From an uncultured Opitutales bacterium (lineage in GTDB: Bacteria > Verrucomicrobiota > Verrucomicrobiia > Opitutales > Intestinicryptomonadaceae): 64,000 nt of DNA. Shown one piece after another: positions 9,464-18,566 of this stretch. The position numbers were made by a program, and so were the translations under genes. Where the stretch lies: positions 30,167 to 94,166 of the forward strand of contig URJY01000003.1 of NCBI GenBank assembly GCA_900548275.1, written 5' to 3'. Positions within the stretch are counted from its first letter, which is position 1. Each line of letters starts with the position of its first letter. The notes under the pieces are model-generated. The model saw nothing but the letters and a program-made list of their open reading frames with translations. It did not search any database and was not told the origin of the DNA.

Positions 9464-10141
9464 ATGAAAATTTTAACGGTTCTCGTCTCGATTCTCTCGC
9501 TGTCGGCGGGCGCGTACGCGCTCGGCTTCGGCGACTTCGTAAAAAACGTAAAGACTGCCGCCGAAGAGGCCACGGCATCGTCCTCCTCCATTTCCGCGCT
9601 CAAAACGAAGCAGGAGGCGACCCTTGCGAAATACAAGCAAAACAAGCAGACCTTTCTTAAGGGCTTTGCCGACGTAGCCCAGTCGTGCGGCGCGGACGCG
9701 CTTGCGGCAAAAGCCGAAAACGCCCTCAAGACCGTCGAAGCCCAAAAGGAAAAGGTCGATGCGGTCGAGGTCGCAAAGGTTACCGACGAACTTTTGACCG
9801 ACGCTAAATCGAGCGCTGTCGTGAGCCTGCCCGCAAATGCGGCTTCATCGGCAAAGGAGGCGTGCACGGGCGGCTTGGACAATATCGGCAAAGCAATTCA
9901 AGGCGAAGCAGAGGTCGCAAAGGAGATTTCGGAGCTCGCAAAACAGGTCGGCGAAATAATGCGCAACGGTACGACGGCGGAAAAAATCCAAGTCTCGTCG
10001 ACGCTCTCGCCGACGATTGAACTGGCGAAGACCATCCCGCAGGACATCTCGAAATCCAAGGATGTCGTGGTGTCGATGGTCGATTCGCTGAAAGGGAAAG
10101 TTTCCATCCCCGAATCGCTGAAAACGGCTCTGGGACTTTAA
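9464..10141 (+). CDS. Secreted alpha-helical protein (hypothetical)
   Basis: 225 aa; signal peptide MKILTVLVSILSLSAGAYA; A/K/E-rich repetitive helical sequence. Confidence 0.55.
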   Translation: MKILTVLVSILSLSAGAYALGFGDFVKNVKTAAEEATASSSSISALKTKQEATLAKYKQNKQTFLKGFADVAQSCGADALAAKAENALKTVEAQKEKVDAVEVAKVTDELLTDAKSSAVVSLPANAASSAKEACTGGLDNIGKAIQGEAEVAKEISELAKQVGEIMRNGTTAEKIQVSSTLSPTIELAKTIPQDISKSKDVVVSMVDSLKGKVSIPESLKTALGL

Positions 10142-10174
10142 TCCGATATACAAAGTTTGGGTATTGCTTTCGAA

Positions 10175-10203
10175 TCCCGTCTTTTCCGAAAGACGGGATT
10201 TGT
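10175..10203. terminator. Terminator-like hairpin (atcccgtcttt/aaagacgggat) at the end of the conserved core, immediately before the AT-rich region
   Basis: 11-bp perfect stem; T-run is short (ttt). Confidence 0.45.
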
Positions 10204-10576
10204 CGTATATGCGGACGGCTTTTAATGTCATTCGAAATAAATATAATTGATTTTTTTGCGGAGGATATATTAGACTTCCCCTTATGGACGGGTTCGTCGC
10301 TCATTTGAATGTTGAATCCTTCGTTTTTTTGCTACATTGGTTGTTTTGCCTGTCTGTTTGCATATTGTTTATCCGCCAAAAAATTTTTCGAAGTAGTTTC
10401 GTATTAATACGCTTCATTTCAATAAGATAGGCTACGTCTGCGCGTTTTGTTGTATGGATTGGTAATTTTGCATTATCCAATCTTGAGCCTTCTCAAAAAA
10501 ACGAACATTTAAAAGCTACTTTCGGGGCAACTTTTCGTCAACTATTTTTTCAATAGCAATCAACAAATAATAAATT

Positions 10577-11182
10577 ATGATATACGCATATATTAGAGTA
10601 AGTACCGACAAACAGTCGGTAGAAAATCAACGCTACGAAATAGAAACTTTTTGCCGCAAAAAGAATTTTGCCGTGGAACGTTGGATTGAGGAAACAATAA
10701 GCTCTCGGGTAAGCCTTCAAGAGCGAAAACTCGGCAAACTATTAAAACGGATAAAACGCGGCGACACGCTAATTGTGTCGGAATTATCGCGCTTGGGCAG
10801 AAGTTTAATGGAAATTATGGGGATTTTAAATACTCTAATGCGGCTGGAGGCAAAACTGATAACCGTAAAAGAGAACTACGAATTGGGCGACAATATAAAT
10901 TCAAAAGTGCTTGCATTCGCCTTCGGGCTTTCCGCCGAGGTGGAAAGGACGTTGATTTCGGCAAGAACGCGAGAAGCTCTCGCTCGGAAGAAAGCCGAAG
11001 GCATAAAATTAGGTCGCCCCAAGGGGAAAAACAACAATACGCTAAAACTGACACCCCAAAAAGAATATATCAACAAAATGCTGCGCGAAAATATGGCCGT
11101 TGGAGTAATCTCCAAGCGGCTGCAAGTTCACCGTTCAATGCTAACACGCTTTTTGAAGCGAAAAAGTATGAGATTCGATTGA
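10577..11182 (+). CDS. Serine recombinase (DNA invertase/resolvase, Hin/Gin/PinR-like)
   Basis: 201 aa; N-terminal YIRVSTDKQ catalytic-serine motif, resolvase core, C-terminal HTH. Confidence 0.85.
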   Translation: MIYAYIRVSTDKQSVENQRYEIETFCRKKNFAVERWIEETISSRVSLQERKLGKLLKRIKRGDTLIVSELSRLGRSLMEIMGILNTLMRLEAKLITVKENYELGDNINSKVLAFAFGLSAEVERTLISARTREALARKKAEGIKLGRPKGKNNNTLKLTPQKEYINKMLRENMAVGVISKRLQVHRSMLTRFLKRKSMRFD

Positions 11183-11258
11183 AAAACAAACGACGCTGCA
11201 TTTGGCTCTTCTATGTGGAGTTGTGAAGGGTTGCAACTTATTGAATATGCAGCTGTTC

Positions 11259-11466
11259 GAATGGTGGGAGTTTAGCGAATTGGCTTTTCTTCGGCTTCGC
11301 CTCGAAAAGCCTGTTCTGACTCCCACAAAAAAACTTCCAAGCCATCGACTTGGAAGTTTTTCAAATGGTGGGAGTTTAGCGAATTGGCTTTTCTTTCGCT
11401 TCGCTCGAAAAGCCTGTTCTGACTCCCACAAAAAAACTTCCAAGCCAAAGACTTGGAAGTTTTTTC
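11259..11466 (-). repeat. Two tandem 105-nt units (U1 11259..11362, U2 11363..11466), each a terminator hairpin plus a minihelix ending in ACTCCCACCA, a mimic of the tRNA-Val 3' end
   Basis: Units about 95% identical to each other and to 39936..40040. Read on the minus strand each unit is AAAAACTTCCAAG-loop-CTTGGAAGTTTTTTT followed by GTGGGAGT...ACTCCCACCA. Confidence 0.7.
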
Positions 11467-11469
11467 AAA

Positions 11470-11519
11470 TGGTGGGAGTAGCAGAACTCGAATCTGCGAC
11501 CCCTTGCGTGTCATACAAG
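11470..11519 (-). repeat. Partial duplicate of the tRNA-Val 3' half (anticodon stem to CCA); att-type direct repeat marking the distal island junction
   Basis: 49/50 identical to 40044..40093 (single mismatch at 11515); same orientation as the intact tRNA. Confidence 0.8.
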
Positions 11520-11667
11520 AAATGCTTGCTAATATCCAATAAGTTATGAAATCGTTGTGCCGCTTGGTTGCAATTTGACACTTTCTTGACTCGCCGAAAT
11601 CTGCAATTATTGGATCGTAAATCTTGGCTGTTTGTAATGTTGAACATCTAACGAAATCATTTGATTC

Positions 11668-12609
11668 CTACCGCAATTTGCCGATTCTTTCGCGTATCAA
11701 AGTGCAAAAACCGTCTTGTTGTTCGGTTGCCAAAAAGCTCGTGGTTATGAAATCGCAAAGTTTAGATTCTGCTTTAATCATTCGTGCGAATAGGTTGTCT
11801 ATTGCCGAGTCCGTCAACCCGAATGTTCTGAACGCCTTGACAAAATCTACTTTCGTATATTGGTATGTCCCGCCCTTGCCGTTGAGTGTTAGTGCCAATT
11901 CCTCTGCATTGTTCGGCAATGCAAGCTTTACATTTAGCATATCGTAGGCGGGCGAAAGTCTCCATTTGCCGTCGCTTTTTATGAGCGAAAAGTTTTTCAA
12001 GTGCATGTCGGAATTGCCTATTATCCACGAAAATAAAACTTGTTCGGCGAGATTCGAGAGGTCGAACCCGACGTTGTCGGAATATTCGCGGATTGTTTTT
12101 GCAATGCGTTCGTAGGACGACTTGTATTTGTCTTCGCTCAGCCGCAAAGTAAGCTGCGCCATGTCCTCCATAGGGAATTTTTCGCCGTTCGCGCCGCGGT
12201 CGATTCGCTTTGTTATATAGCAAAGCCCGCCGTCGGCAAAGCGCATCAGCGAGTGCGGCACCGTTGCAAGCCCCGCGATTTCCGCCAAGTGCATGCTCAA
12301 ATCTTCGTTTTCGGGAAGATTGCAAAAGCGCGCCGCCTGCGGCTTCAAAATGTAGTTGCCGAATACGCCGACAATCGTGAGTTTCGGGTTGGCGCGAACG
12401 GCTTTGTCGAGATACATAGAAAGCTTCGGCTGAACTCCCGCGATTGTCGTTTGCGAGCGCACAACCTGTTTTGCAAGCTCTTTCAAGTCTGCCTGCGAGT
12501 AGGGTAGTTGCGGGACAACCGATGTGCCGAAAAATTTTTTGGTGCAGACTGCGTGAAAGTCTACCTCGCCGTCTTTGAGAGGCTTGTAGCAATACAAACA
12601 TCTTTTCAT
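11668..12609 (-). CDS. hipT: HipT kinase toxin (HipA C-terminal kinase domain) of a tripartite HipBST system
   Basis: 313 aa. HipA_C-like with catalytic-loop DMHLKNFSL. Lacks the HipA N-terminal domain, which is encoded separately upstream. Start overlaps the hipS stop (ATGA). Confidence 0.8.
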   Translation of the reverse strand: MKRCLYCYKPLKDGEVDFHAVCTKKFFGTSVVPQLPYSQADLKELAKQVVRSQTTIAGVQPKLSMYLDKAVRANPKLTIVGVFGNYILKPQAARFCNLPENEDLSMHLAEIAGLATVPHSLMRFADGGLCYITKRIDRGANGEKFPMEDMAQLTLRLSEDKYKSSYERIAKTIREYSDNVGFDLSNLAEQVLFSWIIGNSDMHLKNFSLIKSDGKWRLSPAYDMLNVKLALPNNAEELALTLNGKGGTYQYTKVDFVKAFRTFGLTDSAIDNLFARMIKAESKLCDFITTSFLATEQQDGFCTLIRERIGKLR

Positions 12610-12932
12610 TTACCGTCCTCCTCCCCGATGATGCTCACCGCTCCGATGCAGTCTTTGCAACAGGCGAGCAATAACCCCATTCTGTCGCGCGGGTCGAGCT
12701 TCCAAGTTTGCGTGGCAAAATCGAGCAGCCAACCTTCGGGAATAAGCCCGTCGAAAAACGAAAAAAACGTTCTTTGTACATACGGTTCGGGGCGGAGCGG
12801 CAATGTGAGACTGACAGGCTCAGCGGTGTCGGCGCGGAGGTATGTTTCGTCGTAAGCGAACTCGTAGCCCGATTCCGTTTCGCGCAACGTTCCCGCGAAG
12901 GCGTCTTTGAAGAAAACTTTTGCGCTTCTCAT
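12606..12932 (-). CDS. hipS: HipS, HipA N-terminal-domain-like protein
   Basis: 108 aa; resembles the HipA N-terminal (Couple_hipA) domain. Overlapping starts and stops link it to hipB and hipT. Confidence 0.7.
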   Translation of the reverse strand: MRSAKVFFKDAFAGTLRETESGYEFAYDETYLRADTAEPVSLTLPLRPEPYVQRTFFSFFDGLIPEGWLLDFATQTWKLDPRDRMGLLLACCKDCIGAVSIIGEEDGK

Positions 12933-13144
12933 TGCCTATCCTCCTTATCAAGCGGAACGGGCGCAAGCTTCGCGCCGAACATAAACAAAACCTGATTGAC
13001 CATTTTTATCCGAAGGTCTTGCTTGCCCTGTTCAATGTCGCGAATGAAATGAATGCCCACGCCGCTTTTGTCGGCAAGAGACTGTTGGGTCATCTTCAAT
13101 TCTTTGCGCCGCGCTTTTACAAAATCTTTTAGTTGTTCGCTCAT
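12929..13144 (-). CDS. hipB: HipB-like XRE-family HTH antitoxin/regulator
   Basis: Start taken at MSEQLKDF (13144). TQQSLADKSGV is an XRE HTH. The upstream 12 codons of the tracked ORF are AT-rich and promoter-like (ttgtataaaatg). Confidence 0.7.
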   Translation of the reverse strand: MSEQLKDFVKARRKELKMTQQSLADKSGVGIHFIRDIEQGKQDLRIKMVNQVLFMFGAKLAPVPLDKEDRQ

Positions 13145-13258
13145 TTTATACAATAATCGTATATATTTTGCGAAAATCAAGAATAATATACAGATAATGT
13201 ATAAATTTGCCCCGCCAGCTTCCTGTTATACGAAATATGTATAATGTGCGTCTCGCAA

Positions 13259-14215
13259 TTACCTCAAATAATACCCGCCAGTCTTGGGTGCACCGCGGAA
13301 TTCGACTTGGTCAGCAAGCTTTTTCAAGTCGCGGGCAAGAGTCCGCTTGGGGATTGAAAGCGCGGCGGAAAGCTCGCCGGCATTGCAACCCTCGTGCGTT
13401 TTTATGTAGCCGAACACTTCATTTACTCTGCCACTTACACTGCCATTTGCTCTGCCAATCGGTTCACCTTGGTGGATTTTCAGCGCATTGAGCAATTCTC
13501 CGAGCATAAAATCAATAAACGCGCCGGAATCGTTGTTTGCCGTGCTCGCGTTGATGGCTTCGTAGTATTTCAGCTGGTTGTCGTGAACGAGCGTTTCGAC
13601 GGGCAGATATTGAAATACGGGATTGAGTTTCGACAAAATCAGCGATTGCCACAAGCGACCCATTCTGCCGTTTCCGTCGGCGAACGGGTGAATAAATTCA
13701 AACTCGTAGTGGAAGACGCAACTGCGAATCAACAGGTGGTCGTCGGCGTTTTTGAGCCAGTCGAAGAGGTTTGCCATCAGCTCGGGTACACGTTCGAATG
13801 GTGGCGCAATGTGAACCGCGCGGTTTTCGTCAAAAACGCCGACTCCGCTTCTCCGAAATTGTCCCGCAGTTTCGACGAGTGCCGACATCATCTGCGCGTG
13901 TGCCCTCAAAAGGTCTTCGAGCGAAAACGGGTTGAACGAGGCAAAATTGTCGTATACTGCAATCGCGTTTTTCACCTCTTGAAGTTCGCGAATCGGCGCG
14001 ACTACATTTTTGCCGTTTAAAATATCACCAACCTGCGTTTCCGAAAGGGTATTGCCCTCAATCGCGAGCGACGAATAAATGGTCTTGATTTTGTTTGCCC
14101 GCCTAAGCTTCAACGCATCGCGTTCAAAGCGAATGGCAAACCGTTCGACAAGCGCGGAAATTTCCGCAATCATCGAAATCGCCTTGCTCGAAACTATAAA
14201 CGGGGGTTTTGTCAT
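13259..14215 (-). CDS. Fic-family protein (AMPylator-type) with C-terminal wHTH
   Basis: 318 aa; canonical Fic motif HPFADGNGRMGR. Confidence 0.85.
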   Translation of the reverse strand: MTKPPFIVSSKAISMIAEISALVERFAIRFERDALKLRRANKIKTIYSSLAIEGNTLSETQVGDILNGKNVVAPIRELQEVKNAIAVYDNFASFNPFSLEDLLRAHAQMMSALVETAGQFRRSGVGVFDENRAVHIAPPFERVPELMANLFDWLKNADDHLLIRSCVFHYEFEFIHPFADGNGRMGRLWQSLILSKLNPVFQYLPVETLVHDNQLKYYEAINASTANNDSGAFIDFMLGELLNALKIHQGEPIGRANGSVSGRVNEVFGYIKTHEGCNAGELSAALSIPKRTLARDLKKLADQVEFRGAPKTGGYYLR

Positions 14216-14256
14216 TTAAGGAAGCTTACTTTGTCGTCAAAATTAGTCAATAGTCC

Positions 14257-17001
14257 TTATTTCGCGAATTTGGCAACCAATCCTTCGAGAGTTGCGTTGG
14301 AGAGAACCGCGGTATCGGGAATCAGCAGGTATTTCCACGGAACTCCGCCATTTTTTAAGGCGTGTTCGCTTGCATATTCGCACCAACGTATTGCTGCCTG
14401 CGCTTTTGCCTGAACCTGTGTGGAATCGACGTCTTTCCCCGCTTTTGTCTCCACTAGCAATTTGCATGTAGGCGTTTCCACAATGAAGTCGGGTTCATAC
14501 TCCCTGCCGTCGGAATAGTAGATGGAAATATCTTTTGTAGTCGGCTTGAACCAGCGCGAAACTTCGGGCGAATCCTCCAAAATTACGGCAAATCTGCGTT
14601 CCGTGTCGGAGTCGAATTTCATTTGCGGGAACAGGCACTTTTTGAAACCGTCAAAAATGATGTCGCCGATATCGCGTTTTGTGAAGACTGGGTTTCTGAA
14701 ATTTTGCCTATTGTCTCCTTTTGTGAGCGTATAGCTGTTTGAGGATACAATGTTGAACCCTCTAAAAACGTCCGCCTTATATTCAACCGCCGCCGTTTTG
14801 ACGTGCTTGAACAATTCGTCGTGAAGCGTGTTTGCAATCTCCGTGCGGTTGAAAAGAACAATCTTGCGAACTTCGTTTTCGTCCGATTCATACGAGCGCA
14901 GGAAGTCGGCATACTGTTTTGCGATTGCATTTATAACTGCATTGTTGTCGTCGTATGGTATGTCGTTTAAATCCATCAACGCACTTACGATTATCTGTTC
15001 GGGCGATTCTTCGCCATCCATTTCCTCCGCGGAAACAACAAAGCCGATATTTGTTTGGAGCTGACGCACGGTGATGTCGCGGCTTACCCGTTGGAATTTA
15101 CGCAGCCCTTCACATTCGAGATTGAACATTTCGAATGTGCGGCGGCTTTCGCCTTTTGGGGTAATGATTACGCGCGGAATGTCGATTGTCATTTCCTGTG
15201 TCATTCCGATTGCCTTACCGACATTCTCTTCGATGTGTAGTTGCCCGTTTTGTCCGCCAAAATCGAGTTCAGTCTGCGGTACTTCTCTCGAAATTTTCTC
15301 CTTAACTTTTTCGACAATCAACGCCTTTACTTCGGGCGTAGAGAGGGCTTCGACAGTCGGCTGACTTTGGAAATCCTCGCTTATTACCTCTCTTGTGATT
15401 TTTGCGATTTTCTTTTCCTCTTCCGTGTTGAAAGTATATTTCTTTGCCGCGGATTTGATTATAGAATCTTGCGAATCGCCACGTGAAACCTCCGTGTCGT
15501 CGTCGGACGGTTCGTTTACATCGCCTTCGATTATCGCGTCTATCGCGTTTTTTACCGTTATCGAAACTTTGCCTTCGGGCGGAATGTCCCTGCCGATAAC
15601 AACCGTCTTTCTTATGAGCGAATCGGGACTGTTTGCATAGTCTACAATTTCCTGAAATTTGTCGTGCGAGACAATCGTGAGCGTATCCACTTCGGGCTCG
15701 CCAGTCCGCCTGCCGTAAGGCAAACGCAATCCGCGCCCGATGGACTGCTCGACAAGTGTTTTGGAGTTTGCCGCGCGCAGCGGAACAATCGTGTATAGGT
15801 TGGTAACGTCCCAACCCTCTTTTAGCATGTTGACGTGGATTACAATTTCAATCGGATTGTTCGGATCTTCCACAGTCAGAAGTTTTGCGATGTTTTCGTC
15901 CTTTTCTTCGCCAGAAGTCGCCGAATTTATCTCGAGAATTTTCCCCGCATAGCGGCCGTCGAAAAAGTCCGAACTTTCCATATACGCGCGCAGCTGAGCC
16001 GAATGCGTGGTATCGGTTGCCACAACCAAAATGAAGGGCTTTACGCGTTTTACCCCCTTATTTTGCGCGTAGACGGTCAACGCCGCCGCAGTGGATTCGT
16101 GAATGCATACGGCATCGTGAAGCTTGATTTTTTCAAGCTCTTCGGACGAATACTGCTTCGGGTCGAAGTTTTCGCGCGTGGCGACCGCCGGTTCTTTCAC
16201 ATATCCGTCGCGGATGGCAAGTGCGAGCGGGTAATCATAAATAACATTTTTAAACGGGACTGATTTCCCCGCTTTTTCCACCTGCGGAGTTGCCGTAAGC
16301 TCCAAACCCAAGACGGGTTTCAAGTCGTTTAACGCCTCCCAGCCCGCGCTTGCCCGATAGCGGTGCGACTCGTCCATAATTACGACCAAGTCTTCCTTTT
16401 CGGCGAGATAGTTGAAATAACTGTCGCCGATTGCCTCGTTCAGGCGGCGGATGCGCGCAACCGAACGCTGCTCGTCGTCTTTTGCGAGCTTGCCGCCGTC
16501 GCGGGCGGTAATTTTTGCGATGTTGAAAATGTTTATTACGACATTCGAAATCATGTCGTCGCGCGCGCCGATTCCGCTTTCGTAGTTGTCGCCCGTTACG
16601 ATTATCGGGGGATTTCTCGCAAATTCGCCGATTCCCTTGAAGACATATTTCGGCGTGTTGGGCGTGAAGTCGGCTTGAAGCTTGTTGTAAATTGTAAGGT
16701 TGGGGGCTACCACAAAGAAATTGTTTACGCCGTGCGCCGTGTGCAAATACGCAATGAACGCTCCCATCAAACGCGTTTTGCCGACGCCCGTTGCAAGCGC
16801 AAAACAAAGCGACGGAAACTTGCGCTCGAAATCCGAAACCGTGGGGAACTCGCTTTTGATAACCTCCAACGCCTTGGCAATGTCGCAGTCTTTCGACAAA
16901 TCCGTAATCTCGCAAATTCGGTCTAGAATTGAGAGCGAAATCTTTTGCGGCTCGCGTAAGCTAAGCCTGTTCGAAATAGGATTTACATCGTATACGCTCA
17001 T
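14257..17001 (-). CDS. res: Type III restriction enzyme Res subunit
   Basis: 914 aa; ResIII helicase motifs (ATGVGKT Walker A, DESHR, LELTATP). C-terminal PD-(D/E)xK-like nuclease region EYEPDFIVETPTCKLLVETKAGKD. Confidence 0.85.
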   Translation of the reverse strand: MSVYDVNPISNRLSLREPQKISLSILDRICEITDLSKDCDIAKALEVIKSEFPTVSDFERKFPSLCFALATGVGKTRLMGAFIAYLHTAHGVNNFFVVAPNLTIYNKLQADFTPNTPKYVFKGIGEFARNPPIIVTGDNYESGIGARDDMISNVVINIFNIAKITARDGGKLAKDDEQRSVARIRRLNEAIGDSYFNYLAEKEDLVVIMDESHRYRASAGWEALNDLKPVLGLELTATPQVEKAGKSVPFKNVIYDYPLALAIRDGYVKEPAVATRENFDPKQYSSEELEKIKLHDAVCIHESTAAALTVYAQNKGVKRVKPFILVVATDTTHSAQLRAYMESSDFFDGRYAGKILEINSATSGEEKDENIAKLLTVEDPNNPIEIVIHVNMLKEGWDVTNLYTIVPLRAANSKTLVEQSIGRGLRLPYGRRTGEPEVDTLTIVSHDKFQEIVDYANSPDSLIRKTVVIGRDIPPEGKVSITVKNAIDAIIEGDVNEPSDDDTEVSRGDSQDSIIKSAAKKYTFNTEEEKKIAKITREVISEDFQSQPTVEALSTPEVKALIVEKVKEKISREVPQTELDFGGQNGQLHIEENVGKAIGMTQEMTIDIPRVIITPKGESRRTFEMFNLECEGLRKFQRVSRDITVRQLQTNIGFVVSAEEMDGEESPEQIIVSALMDLNDIPYDDNNAVINAIAKQYADFLRSYESDENEVRKIVLFNRTEIANTLHDELFKHVKTAAVEYKADVFRGFNIVSSNSYTLTKGDNRQNFRNPVFTKRDIGDIIFDGFKKCLFPQMKFDSDTERRFAVILEDSPEVSRWFKPTTKDISIYYSDGREYEPDFIVETPTCKLLVETKAGKDVDSTQVQAKAQAAIRWCEYASEHALKNGGVPWKYLLIPDTAVLSNATLEGLVAKFAK

Positions 17002-18020
17002 TGTCTTCTCTTCTTTTGGGCGATTTTCTTTTCTATGTCTTTCAGCTCTTTCATGTCCTCTTGGTCGGCGGCTAAAGCTTCCTGTGCACGTCTTTTTGCG
17101 TCAAATTCGTCGTATCTGCCGCCGACAATTTGTTCCATTTCTACACGGCTCACAGTTCCCGAACCGTTCAGTACAGGAAAATCATTCAACATTAAAAGCT
17201 TGTCAACTGCCCCCTTCCAAAAGTCCATTGTTATCGTTTGGAGCCTCTTTACGCGCAATTCCGCTGAATCCAAGAAGATTGAAACAAGGCGGTTAAGCGT
17301 GTCGATTTCGTCGGCTTTCAGGTAGTTTTTGGCTATGATGATGTCGCCTTTGCGGACAATAGAACCCTTCCACGAAGTGAGATTCATATTCGGCTTTGTC
17401 GGATCCGCCCTCGAGACTATTATTTCAGCCGCGGTCTGTTTTGTTACAGCGTAAAGCAACTTATTTTGAACTTCCGCAAAAAACATCTGCGTTGCCTTGT
17501 CTTGCGGATCATAACCATAGCTTAGAGCAAATAAGTCGCGAACCTTCTGATAAAAACGCTTTTCGGAAGCACGGATATCGCGGATTTTCTCAAGCAGTTC
17601 GTCGAAATAGTCGAACGCGCCAAACGCATTGGGATTTTTTAGCCGCTCTTCGTTGATAAGGAAGCCTTTTTCGAGATACGAAACCAAATTGCGGATAGCC
17701 CATTGTCTGAACTCGACTGCACGCGGACTCCTAACCCTAAATCCTATTGCCAAAATCATTTCGAGAGAGTAAATGGCAACGTTGTAATTCTTACCATCGG
17801 AGGCAGTTGTTAAGTAATCCTTAACAACTGAACTTTTACCCAACTCCTTGTCTTCCAGTATGTTTTTTATGTGTATGCTGATGTTGGCAACGGAGGTGCC
17901 AAAAAGTTTTGCAATGTCGGGTTGAGTAAGCCAAATCTTGTCACCAAGCTTGGTAAGCCCTATCTCCGTCTTGCCGTCTTTCGACTTGTAAATTATGATG
18001 TCGTTTTCAGCCATTGTCAA
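16998..18020 (-). CDS. RhuM-family (virulence RhuM) protein embedded in the R-M operon
   Basis: 340 aa; N-terminal KSKDGKTEIGLT...WLTQPDIAKLFG... pattern characteristic of RhuM-family proteins, which are frequently inserted in R-M loci. Confidence 0.7.
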   Translation of the reverse strand: MTMAENDIIIYKSKDGKTEIGLTKLGDKIWLTQPDIAKLFGTSVANISIHIKNILEDKELGKSSVVKDYLTTASDGKNYNVAIYSLEMILAIGFRVRSPRAVEFRQWAIRNLVSYLEKGFLINEERLKNPNAFGAFDYFDELLEKIRDIRASEKRFYQKVRDLFALSYGYDPQDKATQMFFAEVQNKLLYAVTKQTAAEIIVSRADPTKPNMNLTSWKGSIVRKGDIIIAKNYLKADEIDTLNRLVSIFLDSAELRVKRLQTITMDFWKGAVDKLLMLNDFPVLNGSGTVSRVEMEQIVGGRYDEFDAKRRAQEALAADQEDMKELKDIEKKIAQKKRRQ

Positions 18021-18566
18021 TCAGTCCTTTTGGTATCCTTCGTAATAGTATGATTGTTCTATGCCCTTGAAAATTATTTCCCTGTTGTCTACGTCGTCGG
18101 TTAGGGCGGACATAAGCAGCGTCCGTATTTCGAGGTCGTTTATAGGGCTGCGCTCCATTGCCTGTAAATATCGGTCTTTGTCAACCGTTTGCCAGTTCAC
18201 GACTTTCCCCAAACGCTTCTTCAAAATCATATCAAGCCAAATGCGCATACTTCTGCCGTTGCCCTCCATAAACGGATGCGCAACGTTCACCTCAACATAC
18301 TTGGCTATAATTTCCCCAAAGGAATTTTCGGGCATCTGCTCGATTTTCGCCAATGCTTCTTTCAGATACAAACTGTTTGCAAATCTGAATCCGCCTTTCG
18401 AAATGTTCTTTTCTCGAATCTGCCCCGCAAAGTCGTATAATCCGCCGAATAAATACTTGTGAATGTCGAGCAAGCCGCGCAACGTGCCTACTTCAACCGC
18501 GTCAATCGCGCCGCTTTCAAATAGCCTATACGCATTTTGCAAGCTCTGTTCGTCGATGCTTTTCAT
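18021..18566 (-). CDS. Small Fic/Doc-family protein
   Basis: 181 aa; Fic motif [12 protein letters not shown]. Confidence 0.8.
   Translation of the reverse strand: MKSIDEQSLQNAYRLFESGAIDAVEVGTLRGLLDIHKYLFGGLYDFAGQIREKNISKGGFRFANSLYLKEALAKIEQMPENSFGEIIAKYVEVNVAHPFMEGNGRSMRIWLDMILKKRLGKVVNWQTVDKDRYLQAMERSPINDLEIRTLLMSALTDDVDNREIIFKGIEQSYYYEGYQKD

Noticed and set aside
8305-9891. 528-aa minus-strand ORF spanning queD-queE and beyond
   Set aside because: Low-complexity A/S/F-rich antisense translation. The plus strand encodes recognisable QueD, QueE and a signal-peptide protein.
11200-11650. Short ORFs (100-115 aa) overlapping the tandem repeat units and partial tRNA
   Set aside because: They span a terminator-hairpin repeat and a tRNA fragment. 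The sequence is explained by structured repeats.
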